From the NCBI RefSeq assembly GCF_006345805.1, contig NC_043004.1, forward strand, positions 69,874,001 to 69,938,000: DNA of 64,000 nucleotides, written 5' to 3'. Both the position numbers and the translations under genes were made by a program. The stretch is from Octopus sinensis (Eukaryota). The notes beneath the pieces were generated by a model. It was not told where the DNA came from and did not search any database. It worked only from the letters and a program-made list of their open reading frames with translations. Positions within the stretch are counted from its first letter, which is position 1. Every line of letters begins with the position of its first letter. This document shows, piece by piece, positions 50,281 to 64,000 of this stretch.

Positions 50281-52626
50281 AAAGATTCTCATGATTGTGT
50301 GGTGGTGGCGATGATAATTCTCTCTATGAATGCAGAGAGAGAGAGCGAGAGAGACAGCGCTTATAAAAGGACGAAGGAGTTATTAGTGTGATGCACCCTA
50401 GTGCCTTAAACACAATAATATACCCCTGAAATGGCCATAGGGAATTAAGTAAATATGGTTTCCTCTTTTTGACTATAAGGCCTCTCTTATTCGATAAGTA
50501 ATTTTATAAGATTTTCTAAACGATGAACCTTTATTTTATATTATATATTTTTATATGCTTCCTATATTTATATTTTTTTCTATATATTTTTATATACCTA
50601 TATATATATATATATATTACTTAATACTATATTTTTACATCTTACCTTCTAGGTGTTGTAATGGTTTTTTTAAAAAAATATATTTTTCTTAATCGCAAAA
50701 GTATTAACTTTTAATTCACACATTTTTTCTCGCACTTTCTTATATGCTTGTACAGATGAATTATATTCCATCTTCCGTGATGTCTAAATGTATTTTCTAT
50801 GATTAAATGTTCAAGTTATGAAATCTTATGTGGGTAACCTTGCATTTGTTTGTTCTGTAACCTTAGTTTGATATATTTGTCTCATTCAATTGAGCACTTC
50901 TATAGCAGTCCTATTAAACTTTTTGTTCCTGATAAGAAACAATCACTGTATTATTGATATATATATATATATATATAGAATATAAAGCAAAAAACAAACA
51001 ACAAAACAAATAGATGGGGGGAAACTTTTCACATAATTTATTACCTTTTTAGAACAAAATCTTACATAAAAATATCAATCACAGACATGCTGATATTTCT
51101 GTACAAGTGTATCTTGGTCTACAGCTGCTGCAGTATCAGTATCGGTGAGGATAGACAGAGAGATGCTTGGAATCAGCAGCTTCATTCATAGTTTCTACCA
51201 GCCTTCTTTCAATCGCAGATCAAAGTCAGTGTATACCAACATCATATCATACACAATGGAAACATACATACACACTTACATGCACACACACACACACAGA
51301 CGCTAGCTTTGATGGCAGACTTTGATATAATGTTTTTAATTTATTTTTTGTTTACATGTAAGTGCATCACAGCAAGTCAAGAAACAGCAGAAAATAACAA
51401 GAATTGGCACTAAAAAAAAAAAGAGCACCAATTAATAATAATAATAATAATAATGAATTAATGAGTAATAAATAATGATGATAATATTAATAAATGATTT
51501 CTTTATAATAATAATAATAATAATGATGAAAAAAATTGCTTTTACGAAGTGTCCTATTCTCTGTGGGAAGAGATTTCAAAAATAAATTTAAACATACTAT
51601 TTTCTTTAAAAAAAAATTATAAATATATTTCAAGCAGTAAAGAAGGAAATAAACCGTGTTGACATTGATGATGATGATGATAATGACAGTGATGGCAAAA
51701 TTGGTGACAATATTAATTCTAGTATAGGCACAAAACCTGAAATTATGGGAGAAAGGGCTGGTTGATTACATCAACCCCAGTGCTCAAATGGTATTTAATT
51801 TAATTGACCAGAAAGGATAAAAGGCAAAGCTGATCTTGGCAGAATTTGAACTCAGAACATAAAACTAGAAGAAATGTCACAAAGTATTTTGTCCCGCATG
51901 CTACCAACTCTGCCAGCTTGCTACCTTAATAATAATATTGTCTTTAATAAGAGCACAAAGCCTGAAATTTGGGGCATGGGGAACAGCTGATTGCATCAAC
52001 TCCAATACTTGACTGGTTCTTATTTTATCAATCACAAAAAAGAAAGCCAAGTTGACCTAGACAGGATTTGAACTCAGCATGTAAAATGTTGTAACTAAGT
52101 ACAGCAAAGCATTTTGCCCAATGCTCTCATGATCCTACCAATCCACCATGATTGGATGATGATGATAATGATGGTTTCAAATTTTGGTACAAAGCCAGCA
52201 GGTTTGGGGGAAGGGCTAAGTCAACTAAATCAACCCCAGTGTACAACTGGTACTTATTTTATTGATCCTAGCACAATTTGAACTTGGAATGCAAAGACAG
52301 ATGAAATGCTGCTTAGCATTTTGCCAGGCTTTGCTAACAACTCTGCCAGCTCACTGCCTTACATGGTGGTGGTGGTGGTAATAGTAGTAGTAATGGTTTC
52401 TCATTTAAGTACAAGGTCAACAATTTTGAGAGGAGGAAGTGAGGTTAGTTTGATTCCATTGACCCTAGTGCTTCTCTTTATCAACCCTGGCGTGATGAAA
52501 GGTAAAACTGATATCAGAATTTGAACACAGAATGTAAAATACCAACATAAATACTGAAGAGTATTTTGTTTTGAAACTCTGAGTCTGTCAATACATTGCC
52601 TTTTAATAATAATAATAATAATAATA

Positions 52627-52996
52627 ACAAGAAGCACTCAGAGAGTGCAAACCTCTGCCAAGGCAACACCAACGTCCTCTCAACGATTAGCCAGAGATGA
52701 ATTTTAAAATGAGAATATCTGAAATAAACTTGACTGCTCTCACAAATGAGAATACTAAAAATGAACCCGACCGCTCTCAAAAATTGAGTAAAAAAAAAAA
52801 AGCAGGAAAAATAATCCAGAATCCTTGTCCGGTACCAGATCGATCCCAAAGTCTAATCTGTTTGTGCTGGTCACGAGACCAAACATCTCTGAAAGTTTCA
52901 TCCGAATCCATCCAGCGGTTCTTGAGATATCTTGTCCATGGACAAACAAACAAACATGACTGAAAACAATACCTCTGCCTTTACTAAGGCAGAAGT
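52627..52996 (+). mobile_element. Helentron/DINE-1-like non-autonomous element
   Basis: 5' GCACT-CAGAG-AGTGC palindrome and CCTCTGCC subterminal repeat. 3' hairpin CTCTGCCT-TTACTA-AGGCAGAA. Sits in (AAT)n. Confidence 0.6.
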
Positions 52997-53479
52997 AATA
53001 ATAATAATGTTACAAATTCTGGTACAGGGCCAGCAATTTTTGAGAGGACTGGGTTAATTGATGACATCCTAACCCTCACCCCCGTATATGACTGGTATTT
53101 TATTGACTCAGAAAAAATGAAAGGCCAAGAGTGATCTTAGCAAGATTTGAACGTAGAACATTAAAGGAGCTAATGAACTAATGATAGTGATTATTTCTTT
53201 AACTTAAAAATAATAGCAATTTTAATAACAGAGGAGAGCAGTTATTAATTAAAACCAGTTTGTTCTGAATGTAAAATATCACTGACTCACAGTGTTGCTG
53301 ATAAAGTTTTCATAAGAAAAAAAAAACATAGTAAAAGAGAATAAAAAATAACATTTCTACAACTTAGAATTAATTAATCTCCATAAAAACAATGTAATTA
53401 GAAAATACTTTATTAATACTTACTGAATTAATATTATTATTATCCTTATTCTAACTATTAAAGGCTATTTTGGTTAGCA

Positions 53480-53720
53480 AGGATGCCGTCTTGAGGTCTG
53501 GTAACAAGTCTCCTTGAATCTCAAGAATATTTCTGAAGATTCTTGTAGAGAATAGAAGATTGACAATGTGAGTTTCAATTCTAATATGTCCTGCAGCCCT
53601 TTAGGTAGCAGTTTGTGTGCTATGCCAAGTGCCCCAATTACCACAAGAATAGTTGTCATCTTGGCCTTCCACAATCTTGTCACCCCTCCATGGTTAGCTC
53701 CTGATATTTTTCAATTTATT
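53480..53720 (-). mobile_element. Restriction-like-endonuclease LINE (R4-like) 3' fragment
   Basis: KYQEL..E.VTRLWKAKMTTILVVIGALG. Confidence 0.7.
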
Positions 53721-54575
53721 ATTATTACCATCATATTTCAAATACTACTCAGGTCAATGAAATAAGTACCAGGGGTGATGTAATCAACTCGTCCACTCCC
53801 CAACAATTTCAGGCATCGGCCAAGGTTGACTTTGCCTTTCATCCTTTTGGGGCTGATAAACTAAGAACCAGTCAAGTACTGGGGTTGATGTAATCACCTA
53901 TCTCCCTCCCCAAATTCCAGGCCTTGTGCCTATAGTAGAAAGGATGATTATTATTATTATTAGGGTGGAAGATTGGCAGAAATGATAGATGGTCAAATAA
54001 AATATCTTGCAATGTTTAGTTCTGGCTCTTTATAACCCAAGTTCAATTCTTGCCAGAGTCACCTTTACTTTTCATTCTTTCAGGGGCTTGATAAAATGAA
54101 AGTATCTATAAAATACAGGGATTAATGGCATTAACTAACTTCTTTCCCCCAAGATTGGTACCTAAACAAGAGCAATGAGATTGACAGAATCTTTACAGCA
54201 CCTGACAAAATGCTGTGTAGTATTTGCTCTTAGTTGAAATCCCATTAAGGTCAACTTTTCATCTCCCGGGGCTCAATGACAAAGTACCAGTCAAGTACTG
54301 AGGACAACTTACTCCCTACCCTCAAAATTGCCAGCCTTGAGCCAAAATGAGAATGAATTATGTTATCATTATCCTTATTGTCACTGTTGTTGTTGTTGTT
54401 ATTATCTTGGCAGAATCATTAGCATGATGTAAAAAATGCTTAGCAACCTTTCGTCCACTTTATGTTCGGAGTTCAAATTCTGCCGAGGATGACTTTGCCT
54501 TTCAACCTTTCAGGGGTCGATAAAATAAGTACCAGGGTTAATGTAATCAACTTACCCTCTCCCCCAAAATTTGAA

Positions 54576-54616
<41 letters not shown>

Positions 54617-55004
54617 GGTGGTAAGCTAGCAAAGGCTCTTAGCATGCAGGATGAAATGCTTAGCAATATTTTGCCCATCACTACGTTCTGAGTTCAAATT
54701 CCGCCAAGGTTGACTTTGTCTTTCATCCTTTCGGGGTCGATAAATTAAGTAACAGTGAAACACTGGGGGTCGATGTAATTGACTAGTCCCCTCCCACCAA
54801 ATTTAAGGCCTTGTGCCTATAGTAGAAAGGATTATTATTATTATAGTTCAACAAGTTTATGTTAGATTACTCAAACAGTGCATTTTTTAAGGAAATAACC
54901 ATGATAAATAAATAATAAGAGGGTTGATGAGAGAAATATGTGTTAATGTCTGACAAATAGCTAACAATGAGTTTTTCTAACAATCATTAGCATTTCTACC
55001 TTAA

Positions 55005-55229
55005 CCCTTTCATTACCAACCCGGCCAAAACCGGCTGAAACTGGCTCTGAGTACAAATGTCTTGTTTCCATAAGTTTTGAATTAAAATCTTCCACCAAAC
55101 CTTAGTCACAATTTATGTTCCTAACACTAGCTTAATGATAACTAAGTTATTTTACTAAATTCTTTGTCATATTTTAAAATAATTGAAAGAAACACAGAGC
55201 ATCTCAAAATAAATACAGTAACGAAAGGG
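55005..55229. mobile_element. piggyBac-type MITE (copy of 4970-5190)
   Basis: TTAA flanks; TIRs match 11/12. Confidence 0.88.
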
Positions 55230-55646
55230 TTAATAAAACTACTCTGATCTTCAGGCTTCAATTATAAAATGTACACCAGCTGATACAACCTGGGCCAGAG
55301 AAGATTTCTTGATTTGTTAGAATAAGCAGCTACATTTGTCTCAAATCACACACTGCTTGTCTACAAAGCAAAAAAGTCACACTGGGAAATGTAGTCCTCG
55401 GTACACAGTGTCTGAAAAATAAAAGACTGCCATAGCTCATATTTCATAGAAGTACTCAACTAAGGTTGACCCAGGGTCAAAAAACAACAGCTGTTCTTTA
55501 GTTTGTTTTAACCGTTGAAGCTGGCCAGCTGGAGCAACACCACCATTTAAAATTAATTAATGCGCATTTGTAATAATTATATCAGTTTTATTTTAATATG
55601 AACATGTTGCATCTCTTTTTTTTGTTTTTTTCTAAACTGTTTCCAG

Positions 55647-55828
55647 TTGTAAAATGTGACACAGTAGCTAAAAATAGCCTCAGCACAAACGACTCGTTAC
55701 TCTACACAGACTAATTAATGCTCCTGAAAACGAATAAAGAAAAAAAAAAAAAAAGGACGTTTTTCTTTGAGGAAGAAGACTTTACAGCATGGCAGATATT
55801 TCCAAGGAAGTTCTTCATACCTTCTCAG
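55647..55828 (+). other. Candidate host-gene exon, possibly containing the start codon
   Basis: Long polypyrimidine tract and CAG acceptor at 55646. CAGCATGG at 55789 opens MADISKEVLHTFS(G). CAG|GTAATT donor. Confidence 0.25.
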
Positions 55829-56378
55829 GTAATTTAAATTAAGTCTCTCTCTCTCTCTCTTTCACACACACACACACATAAGATAATACTCAAAATTAAA
55901 TAAAAATGGAAACAAACCCTCCAGAGAATTTAGGAATGTATTTTAAGAAGAAACATTTAGATTAGCATTGAAATCAAACAATATAGAAATAAATAAATAA
56001 ATAAAGTTGCCAATTTCCTTTAGCTCAAAGAAGAGGAGGAGTAGGAGAAGAGGAGGATTAGAAGAAGAGGAGGATTAGAAGAAGAGGAAGTACTGCTTTT
56101 GTATATTGCATTAGGTAGGTGTATATCTGAAGAACTATAATAAACAGTTTATGCTGTTGTGTGTGGGTGCATATAATAATAATAAATAAATAAAAATAAT
56201 ATATATATATATATATATATATACACTCATAAATGAGGGTGAAAAATTAGATATTAATTTAATAATACCATCAGTTTAACACCAAGTGGCTTAGCACATA
56301 AAAACAACTTCGGTGGCTATACCAGAATAAGGAGCTATTTTTAGCACTAGAGTTAACCACTTAGCGGTAACTCTCTTA

Positions 56379-56415
<37 letters not shown>

Positions 56416-58759
56416 AGCATAGTTGTGAGGTTAAGAAGTTTGCTTTGTAACCACTGGGCTTCTGGTTCAGTCCCACTTGGGTAAATGTTTTCTGATACCA
56501 GATTCAACCAGTGTTTATGTCCCCTGTAACTTAGCAGTTTGGCAAAAGAGATCAATAAAATAAATAACATGCTTTAAAAAAAATAATAATTTGGGGGTTA
56601 TTTTGTTTGAGAAATTCTTTCCAGGTGGCAGCCCAGCATGGCAGCAGTCCAATCACTAAAGCAAGTAAAATTTAAACGATAAAAAAAAAATATTATTTAA
56701 CACTATGTAATATTATAATTAAGCCAATCAGCCTGGTCCTTTAAACCAATGTTTCTCATAAAGGAAAGTTCCCCCTAGAAGTGTGTTTGTGAGGGATCCT
56801 AGTGAAGAAAAAAGTAGAATTACATGGATGTAAACTGTTTTGTTTTCTCATTAATAAAGGGATGAGGTGGAGGAGAGGGAAAATATACTTTTTGTTTGTT
56901 TCTTTTTGGAGATGTGGATGATAGTAGCATTTGGTAGTCATCCTTAATACGAATACAGACTGGCTTTGGAAGAACACCTGGTTAACTAGGTTTCTTTTGT
57001 TCACAAAAGAAGTTGGTTTCAAATTTTGCCACAAGGGCAGCAATTTTGGGAGATATGATGGGTCAATTACATCGACCCGAGTGTTCAACTGGTACCTATT
57101 TTGTCATCTCCGAAAGGATGAAAGGCAAAGTTGACTTCAGAACTCAGAAATAATAATTCTTTCTACTATAAGCACAAAGCCTGAAATTTCAGGAATAGGT
57201 GGGGGTGAGTAAATTATATCGACACTTGCGCTCCACTGGCACTTATTTTATCGACCGTGTCGCTATTTGAACTCAGAATGGTGGACAAAATGCCAGTAAG
57301 CATTTTTTCCAGAGCAATAGTGATTTTGCTGGCTCACCGCCTTAATACAATAATAATAATAATCTTTTTCACTAAAGGCACAAGGCCTGAAATTTTGGGG
57401 GAGTGGACTAGTCAACCCCAGACGGAGTCGACCTCGGCAGAATTTGAACTCAGAATGTACCAACAAATGAAATACTGCTAAGCATGTTGCCCAGCATTCT
57501 AACGTTACTGCAAGCTTGCCACCTGAACACAATAATAATAATGATGTTGATATTTTATTTTTTTAATTATTATTATTATTATTATTATTATTCTGAGTTC
57601 AAAATTCCACTGAGGTTGACTTTGTCTTTCAGCCTTTTGGGGTTGATAAAATAAGTACCAGTTGAGTACTGGGGTTTGATACAATTGATTTAACCTCTCC
57701 TCCAAAATTTGCGCCTATAGTAGAAAGGCTTAGCGGTATTTCATCCACTGTTACGTACCGAGTTCAAATTCTACCGAGGTCAACTTTGCCTTTCATCCTT
57801 TTGGGGATGATAAAATTAGTACCAGTTATGCACTGGGGTCAATGTAATTGACTCATTCCCTTCCCCCAAATTTGAGGCCTTATGGCTTCCAATAGAAAGG
57901 ATTGTTATCATCATCATTATTTATACTTTAGGTACAAGGACCGAAATTTGGGAGTAGTTGATTACATTGACCTCAGTACATGATTGGTACTTTATTTTAT
58001 TCACCTTGAAAGTATGAAAGGCAAAGTCAACCTCGATATAATATGAGCACAGTGTGTAAAAAACCAGAAGAAAAGTTGCAAAGCATTTTGACCGATGTTC
58101 TAACAATTCTGCCAGCTCATTGCAATAATGAAAAGGATTTAAAATTTTGGCACAAGGCCAGCAATTTCATAGGAGGGGTTAAGTCGATTACATTGACCCC
58201 AGTATTCAACTGGTACTTATTTAACTGACCCTGAGAGGATGAAAGGCCAAGTCGACCAAGGTAGAATTTGAACTCAGGACATAAAGACGGATGAAATGCT
58301 GCTAAGCATTTTGTCTGGCGTGCTAACGATTCTGCCACCTTAAATAATAATAACAATAAGACATTTAAAGAAAAGAAGTTTTTAGGGTTATGTGAAAGGA
58401 GGAAGAGCACAGATCATGAATTAAGGTGGGGTGTTGGTTGAGGTGACTCTGGTGGTGTGCTGTGGCAAAGAGAGAAGGAAGAAAGCGCAACACATGTAGG
58501 AAGCAGTATAATTCAGACATGGCTTGAATACTGACAATGGAATAGACTGTGGTTAAGACATCCATGGGCCTGATGATAGTGATGGTGGTGGTGGTGGTGT
58601 GGAAATTGAATTAGGTCAATCCTAGGAATTGGATTAGATCAATCATTCAAGAATAACAGTTATTGCAGTGCTAATTGTGGTTGGTGTCAACATGGTCAGT
58701 GTTAAACATAGATAATTAAGAAAATATTAATTATGCTACATTTAAGTGCAAGAATGAGT

Positions 58760-59145
58760 GCAAAAGCTTATCAATGTTGCAGAGTTTGTGGTTCCTGAGG
58801 AGGAAATACTGAAGGTGTCATATGCAGATAGAGTGACAAACATTGAGGCCCTTAGATGAGCAAAGAGCACCAGGAAGCTTGTTAACAACACTGAGGACAA
58901 CAAGTTCAGTTTATTGGACACCAGATGAGAAGACAAAGCCTTGAGCACTTGATGACAACCAGGAAAACTGAAAAGAAGAAGAAGAAGAAGCTTGGAAAGA
59001 CAGAGAGAGAGGATACTCAATGGTCTTACCAACTGGCTTCAACAAGACCGGACCAATTTCATGCTATGTTGTGTATGGGACAGGAGAGTATGGAAGTCCC
59101 TGATCACCACCTGCTGTAGACATGGCACATAGGCAAGAAAAAGAA
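58760..59145 (+). mobile_element. RTE-clade LINE 3' end
   Basis: FIGHQMRRQSLEHLMTTRKTE...DRRVWKSLI, followed by an (AAG)-rich tail. Confidence 0.75.
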
Positions 59146-60184
59146 GAATATTCAAGTAATTGTCATAATTTTCAATTTGAAAGAGAAAGGGAGAGAAAGG
59201 GAGAGAGAAGGAGTGAAAGAAAAAAAAAGCCATAAAATTGAGTTGTAACAAATTTTCTGGATCCCTCTCTCTCTTTCTCTTGTCTTGCTCTGAAGATCTT
59301 GTTAAAAACTAACATGGTCTTCTGGTTCAATAAGTAAAGATATTGCACTTGTGCTACACTATGTAAATAACTAAAAGCCAACACAGCAAACTTTACTGTA
59401 TTATAACATTTTCTGGTTGGTGACCACAGAGTTTGACAGGTTTATTATAGCAATAATTCTAATTATACTGTTTATCAGAAATATCTAATTTTGTCTAAAA
59501 AGGCAAAACCTGCCTAAAATGAAATATATATATATGGTATGTCACACCAGAGATTCATTAAAAGATTAATCCAAATAATTTCATTTCTAAAAGCATTGAA
59601 GGACAATTGATAGTAGTTCTGATTATAAAGAAACAAGGTCTCTCATAGATGTTCTTTCAGAAAACATACCGATGAGAGAATTATATATATGTAACAGTAT
59701 AGGGAATAGAGAAGGTAAATCCACACTACATATGTTTTCAAGCCAATCTGTATATGACTTATGTAATTCAAAGGCGTAACACATGTGTATACAAATTAGC
59801 TTTTTTTCAGGTCAAATTGCCTGAGATTCTAAGTCATTGTTGAAGAATTCAACAATTTCAGCCATGGTAGGATGGTAGACAGAAATACCTAGTTCAAATG
59901 GCCAATGAAATTCATTGTCAGCAGGCAAGCAACATTTGAGGGGAAAATATTTTGTATATGTAGTGACAAGAGGTGCATATTTTACAGTATTATACAGGGA
60001 AATGTAGAAAGAATGCTTTAATATGCCACATGTACACATAAATCAAAATTAAAATACATATTCTATATACTTAATTATAATATATAGAATACATATAGAA
60101 AGTTTTATGTGTGTATATACTTGACTTATTTTTTTTTCTTAAGGTAAAACACTAAGTTTTCTTTACATCCCTTTCTCACTGCAG

Positions 60185-60191
60185 GAACTAA
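60185..60191 (+). other. Candidate 7-nt micro-exon
   Basis: TTTTCTTTACATCCCTTTCTCACTGCAG|GAACTAA|GTAAGT. Confidence 0.25.
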
Positions 60192-61232
60192 GTAAGTATA
60201 TATGTATGTATACATGTACGCATGGAGAGGAAGGGAGGGAGGAAGGAAGGAAACCGAAGCTAGTTTTGTGAGAGAAGGCTGACATGCAAACATAAACTTC
60301 AAAGACTTCCTTCCATTATCAAATCCTAAGTATCATGCTACTTACGACTTACTAATTAGAGAAATTTCTACTAAAAGTTAGAGACAGACGTAGCACATGA
60401 ATTTATAAAATAATAAACAGACTAACTTTGTTTTTAAAGAATATATTTAAAAAACAAGGAGCCTCAGTTACCTCTGAATAATGATGAGAAGGTATGGGAA
60501 GGGAAACCCCAAAATCAAAATCAGTCAAAGGACTATTGTAAAAGGTAGGTTAAAAGTAAAAGACAAAAAATATTGGTATGGTGTTGTCAGTAGATCAGGG
60601 CTGGGTAGCAACCATGACCTTAATGTAGGGTCTCTAATATTGAAGTGAGGGTAAGATTAGAATAAACCACAACTTATAGGTTATCTGGTTCTGAATGCCT
60701 TGCAACAAAGGACTCTAGAAAATGCACCCAAGAGCTAGCTGGTGATAAGGGTGGTGTTAAACTGAGCAACAGATTAAGTAGTAGTAGTAATAGTAGTAGT
60801 GGTAATGATAGAGATTTTAAATTTTGGCACAAGGCCAGTAATTTTGAGGGAGGAAGGAAATCGACTACACTGACCCCCAGTGTTCAACTGGTACTTACTT
60901 TATCGACCCCAAGAGGATGGTGGGCAAAGTTGACTGTAGAGGAATTTGAACTCAGAACTTAAAACTGGAAGAAATGCTGCAAAGATTTTGTCCAGCACGC
61001 TAATGAATCTGCCAGCTCAATAATAATAATAATAATAATAATAATAATTTATTTTTTTCATTCTACTCTAAAACACTCTTGTTTTTGATATTGATAATTT
61101 ATTACATTATTTAAATATTCTGCTAGTTTAATATTTTAAATCAACAAATTATTTTCAAACAGTGAGAACTAAACAAATATAGCAGAAAGCTGATAACAGA
61201 ATCTGCACCATTTCTGAGACTATTTAACCCTC

Positions 61233-61449
61233 AAAGGTGGTGAGCTGGTAGAAACATTAGCACGCTGGGCAAAATGCTTAGCAGTATTTCATCTGTCTTT
61301 ACGTTCTGAGTTCAAATTCCACAGAGGTTGACTTTGCCTTTCATCCTTTTGGGGTCGATAAATTAAGTACCAGCTGCATACTGGGGTCGATCTAATCAAC
61401 TGGCCCCCTCCCCCAAAATTTCAGGCCTTGTGCCTAGAGTAGAAAAGAA
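61233..61449 (+). mobile_element. SINE family B, full length, 12-bp target-site duplication
   Basis: TATTTAACCCTC at 61221-61232 and 61450-61461. Confidence 0.92.
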
Positions 61450-61578
61450 TATTTAACCCTCTTTGAAATGTTAGCAAGCCTGAGACCACCCATACTTAAG
61501 TGTTCATATTTAATTTAAAACATCATTATAATATGAGACTATTACATTTCTGTTGGTCAACATTATGTATATATATAC

Positions 61579-61610
<32 letters not shown>

Positions 61611-61852
61611 CAGTTGGTAGATATAATATTTGGTATATACAATATATAAAGCTACAGATTTTTTACTAAATCCCTCCAGAAAATCTTTATTGTATTGAAA
61701 AATTAGTTGAAACGTAGGCAGTCTTCTTGTTAGAAACAAAACCGAGAGAGGGCCAACATTAAAAAATCTAGTAACAAAGCAATTAGCAATATATATATAC
61801 ATAAAAAAAAAAAAACTTTGGTAAAAATTAATAAATAAATATCTTTTGTCAT

Positions 61853-61883
<31 letters not shown>

Positions 61884-62117
61884 GTTTTCCACTGCATTGA
61901 AATATGCAGAAAGTTAACTGTGAATGTTTATTGCTGATAATGACTAGTTGCAGAGTGAATTGGTGGGTAGGTAGGTAGGTAAAAAGGTAGGTAGTTTGGT
62001 TGTAAGACATAAAAATCTGTTATTCCTTCACAACTGATACTGGAGCAGAATGGAACTGAGAAACTAACAACTATTGACAATGAGTGGTGGTGGTGTCAGC
62101 AGAATATAAAATTTTGT

Positions 62118-62300
62118 CCCCCTAGCATTGCTTGACAACCGATGCTGGTGTGTTTACGTCGCCGTCACTTAGCGGTTCGGCAAAAGAGACCGATAGAATA
62201 AGTACTGGGCTTACAAAGAATAAGTCCTGGGGTCGATTTGCTCAACTAAAGGCGGTGCTCCAGCATGGCCGCAGTCAAATGACTGAAACAAGTAAAAGAG
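62118..62300 (+). mobile_element. SINE family A 3' half
   Basis: Direct match. Confidence 0.9.
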
Positions 62301-62538
62301 TATAGGCACAAGACCTGAAATTATTTTTTTTTTTTGGGTGGGGGGGAAGACATTAGTCAATTACATTGATCCCAGTGCTCAAATGATACTCATTTTATTG
62401 ACCCCGAAAGGATGCAAGTTAAATTTTTGACCTTGGTGGAATTTTCAACCCCCAAAGTAAAGCTGCAAGAAATGCTTGCTAAGCGATTTGCCTTCACTTG
62501 TTACAATCCTGCCAGCTCACCATCTTTTACTTGTAGTA

Positions 62539-62570
<32 letters not shown>

Positions 62571-62790
62571 TTTTCTTCCTACTATAGTAAGCATAAGGCC
62601 TGAAATTTAGGGAGAGGGAGCTAATAAATCACATCGACCCAGGGCTCAACTGGTACTTATTTTATCGACCCTAAAAGGATGGAGGGCAAAGTGGACCTCA
62701 GCAGAATATGAGTCTAGAACATAAAACCAGAAGAAATGTCACTGAACATTTTGTCTGATGCTCCAACAGTTCTGCCAGCTCACTGCCCAA
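62300..62790 (-). mobile_element. Two SINE family B copies
   Basis: Reverse-complement matches separated by (AAT)n. Confidence 0.8.
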
Positions 62791-63635
62791 GTAGAAGATA
62801 GAATATACTGTGTGGTCAGTTGATCTAATGGCAACTGTGGTAGAGCAGGATTGCTCAATAGAAATGAACCTATAATACTGATTGTTGCTAGTCAGGAAAC
62901 CCCAAAGATGTGGTACTGAGATTCCCTGAATATATTAATACTTTAAAGGAAAAACATTTTCATTTTTTGACACCAGTAAAAGTATATTTACTCAGAATAG
63001 AGGCTATGCAGAGAAGCTTTTGGTTGACAATGTTTAGACACTGCTAGAGGTATATTCAGAACAGATACACAGGAGTTTTTGGCTGACAATGTCTTGATGT
63101 ACCAAACAAACAACTCTGCATCTGTCTGCATTCATAACCTTCAACTGAAAGATTCTAGTTTGGTAGTTTCTCAGAACTATTTGGTAGGCAACACTTCTGA
63201 TTAATCACTAGAACAATTAAAACAAAAAAATGTTTAAAAAATCCAAATCTATCATTCCCCCTTTCATTTAAAGGGAAGAATCACAAACAAACATTTTGGT
63301 CCCCAAAACTAAAGCAAATTTCTTTGAGATTTTTACTAAAAAAATAAACTGAAAAAATAAGATCAAAATAAAAAATATATCTGAAAAGAGAAAAAAAAAT
63401 GTTAACAGTTCATTTGATACAAAGTGCAGCTTGCTTATGCATCTGCTGCACATGTTTCTTCAACACAAACACTCGAGCACATACGCGCTTATGCATGCAC
63501 TCATGCACAAACACAAAGAAAATGAAAAAAAAAAAAATAACTCAAACATTTTCAAAGCTTCTTCAGGCTTCTTAATCCAGTAACAAAAAAAAAAAAAAAT
63601 TCATTGGAAATAAAAATTTTTTTTTTTCATTTTAG

Positions 63636-63687
63636 CCGGAAATAAGAGCTGAAAAGCCCAGAAAAGTAGCAATCAGTTGGCCAAATG
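63636..63687 (+). other. Candidate 52-nt exon
   Basis: T11-CATTTTAG acceptor, open frame PEIRAEKPRKVAISWPN(G), ATG|GTATGG donor. Confidence 0.2.
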
Positions 63688-64000
63688 GTATGGCAAGTGT
63701 ACCAACTTGATATTTAGTCTCCAACAGAGAAGGTTATGATAAATGAGTTTTTGATAATAATTCAAGAATTCTCAAACATTTGAAGCAGCATGGACATTTT
63801 TTTTTTTTTATTATTTGAGGTGGGCTAATTTCAGTCATGCTAAAATTTTAATTTATTTTTTTTGTTTTTCTTTTAAACAAATGGGGGAAAAAATAATGCA
63901 AATAAATATGCCTGGTTTTTGCAGAGAAATATTCTAGCATTTTCTCAGAATATTTCCTTGGTGAAGCAAAAGATCTTTTTGTTTCCTTCCATTTTTTTGT

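Larger units (their letters stand above)
51712..58345. mobile_element. Dense cluster of roughly 17 full or partial SINE family B copies in both orientations
   Basis: Recurrent GAATTTGAACTCAG / CTGAGTTCAAATTC and CAAAGTCGACC / GTTGACTTTG blocks separated by (AAT)n. Confidence 0.85.

Noticed and set aside
50340-50400. GAGA tract, TATAAAAG and TTAGT as a core promoter
   Set aside because: TATA-to-Inr spacing is about 23 nt, shorter than usual, and it may lie within Helitron-derived sequence.
51088-51192. Short ORF with a signal-peptide-like start (MLIFLYKCILVYSCC...)
   Set aside because: Only 34 codons, with no supporting splice or promoter context.
59812-60039. 75-aa minus-strand ORF ending GISVYHPTMAEIVEFFNNDLESQAI
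   Set aside because: No family recognised and weak splice signals. Expected by chance at this length.

Overview
AT-rich, repeat-dominated eukaryotic DNA, most likely intronic or intergenic sequence of an octopus. The species call is an inference from the tRNA-derived SINE families, recognised from memory. I could not assemble a host protein-coding gene; only a few isolated splice-signal-bounded exon candidates were seen. Nearly all ORFs in the track come from microsatellites, SINEs or decayed transposons. Contents: dozens of SINE-like copies of four families (labelled A-D here); a full-length but disrupted Tc1 element with D-D36-E spacing; DD37D (maT) and mariner relics; non-autonomous Helitrons and a Helentron-like element; piggyBac-type and fold-back MITEs; 3' ends of CR1, RTE, R4/Dong and CRE LINEs; a Penelope-like element; a probable solo LTR; and two satellite arrays built from the same 27-bp monomer. 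The most notable signal is a set of seven hammerhead-ribozyme-like motifs. One, at 18085-18175 (-), has a fully intact catalytic core. Most have a self-complementary stem III. They sit in short elements flanked by (TA)n, in a terminally redundant ~380-bp unit, and just downstream of the Penelope ORF. This suggests a Penelope-linked or retrozyme-like small-RNA mobile system.
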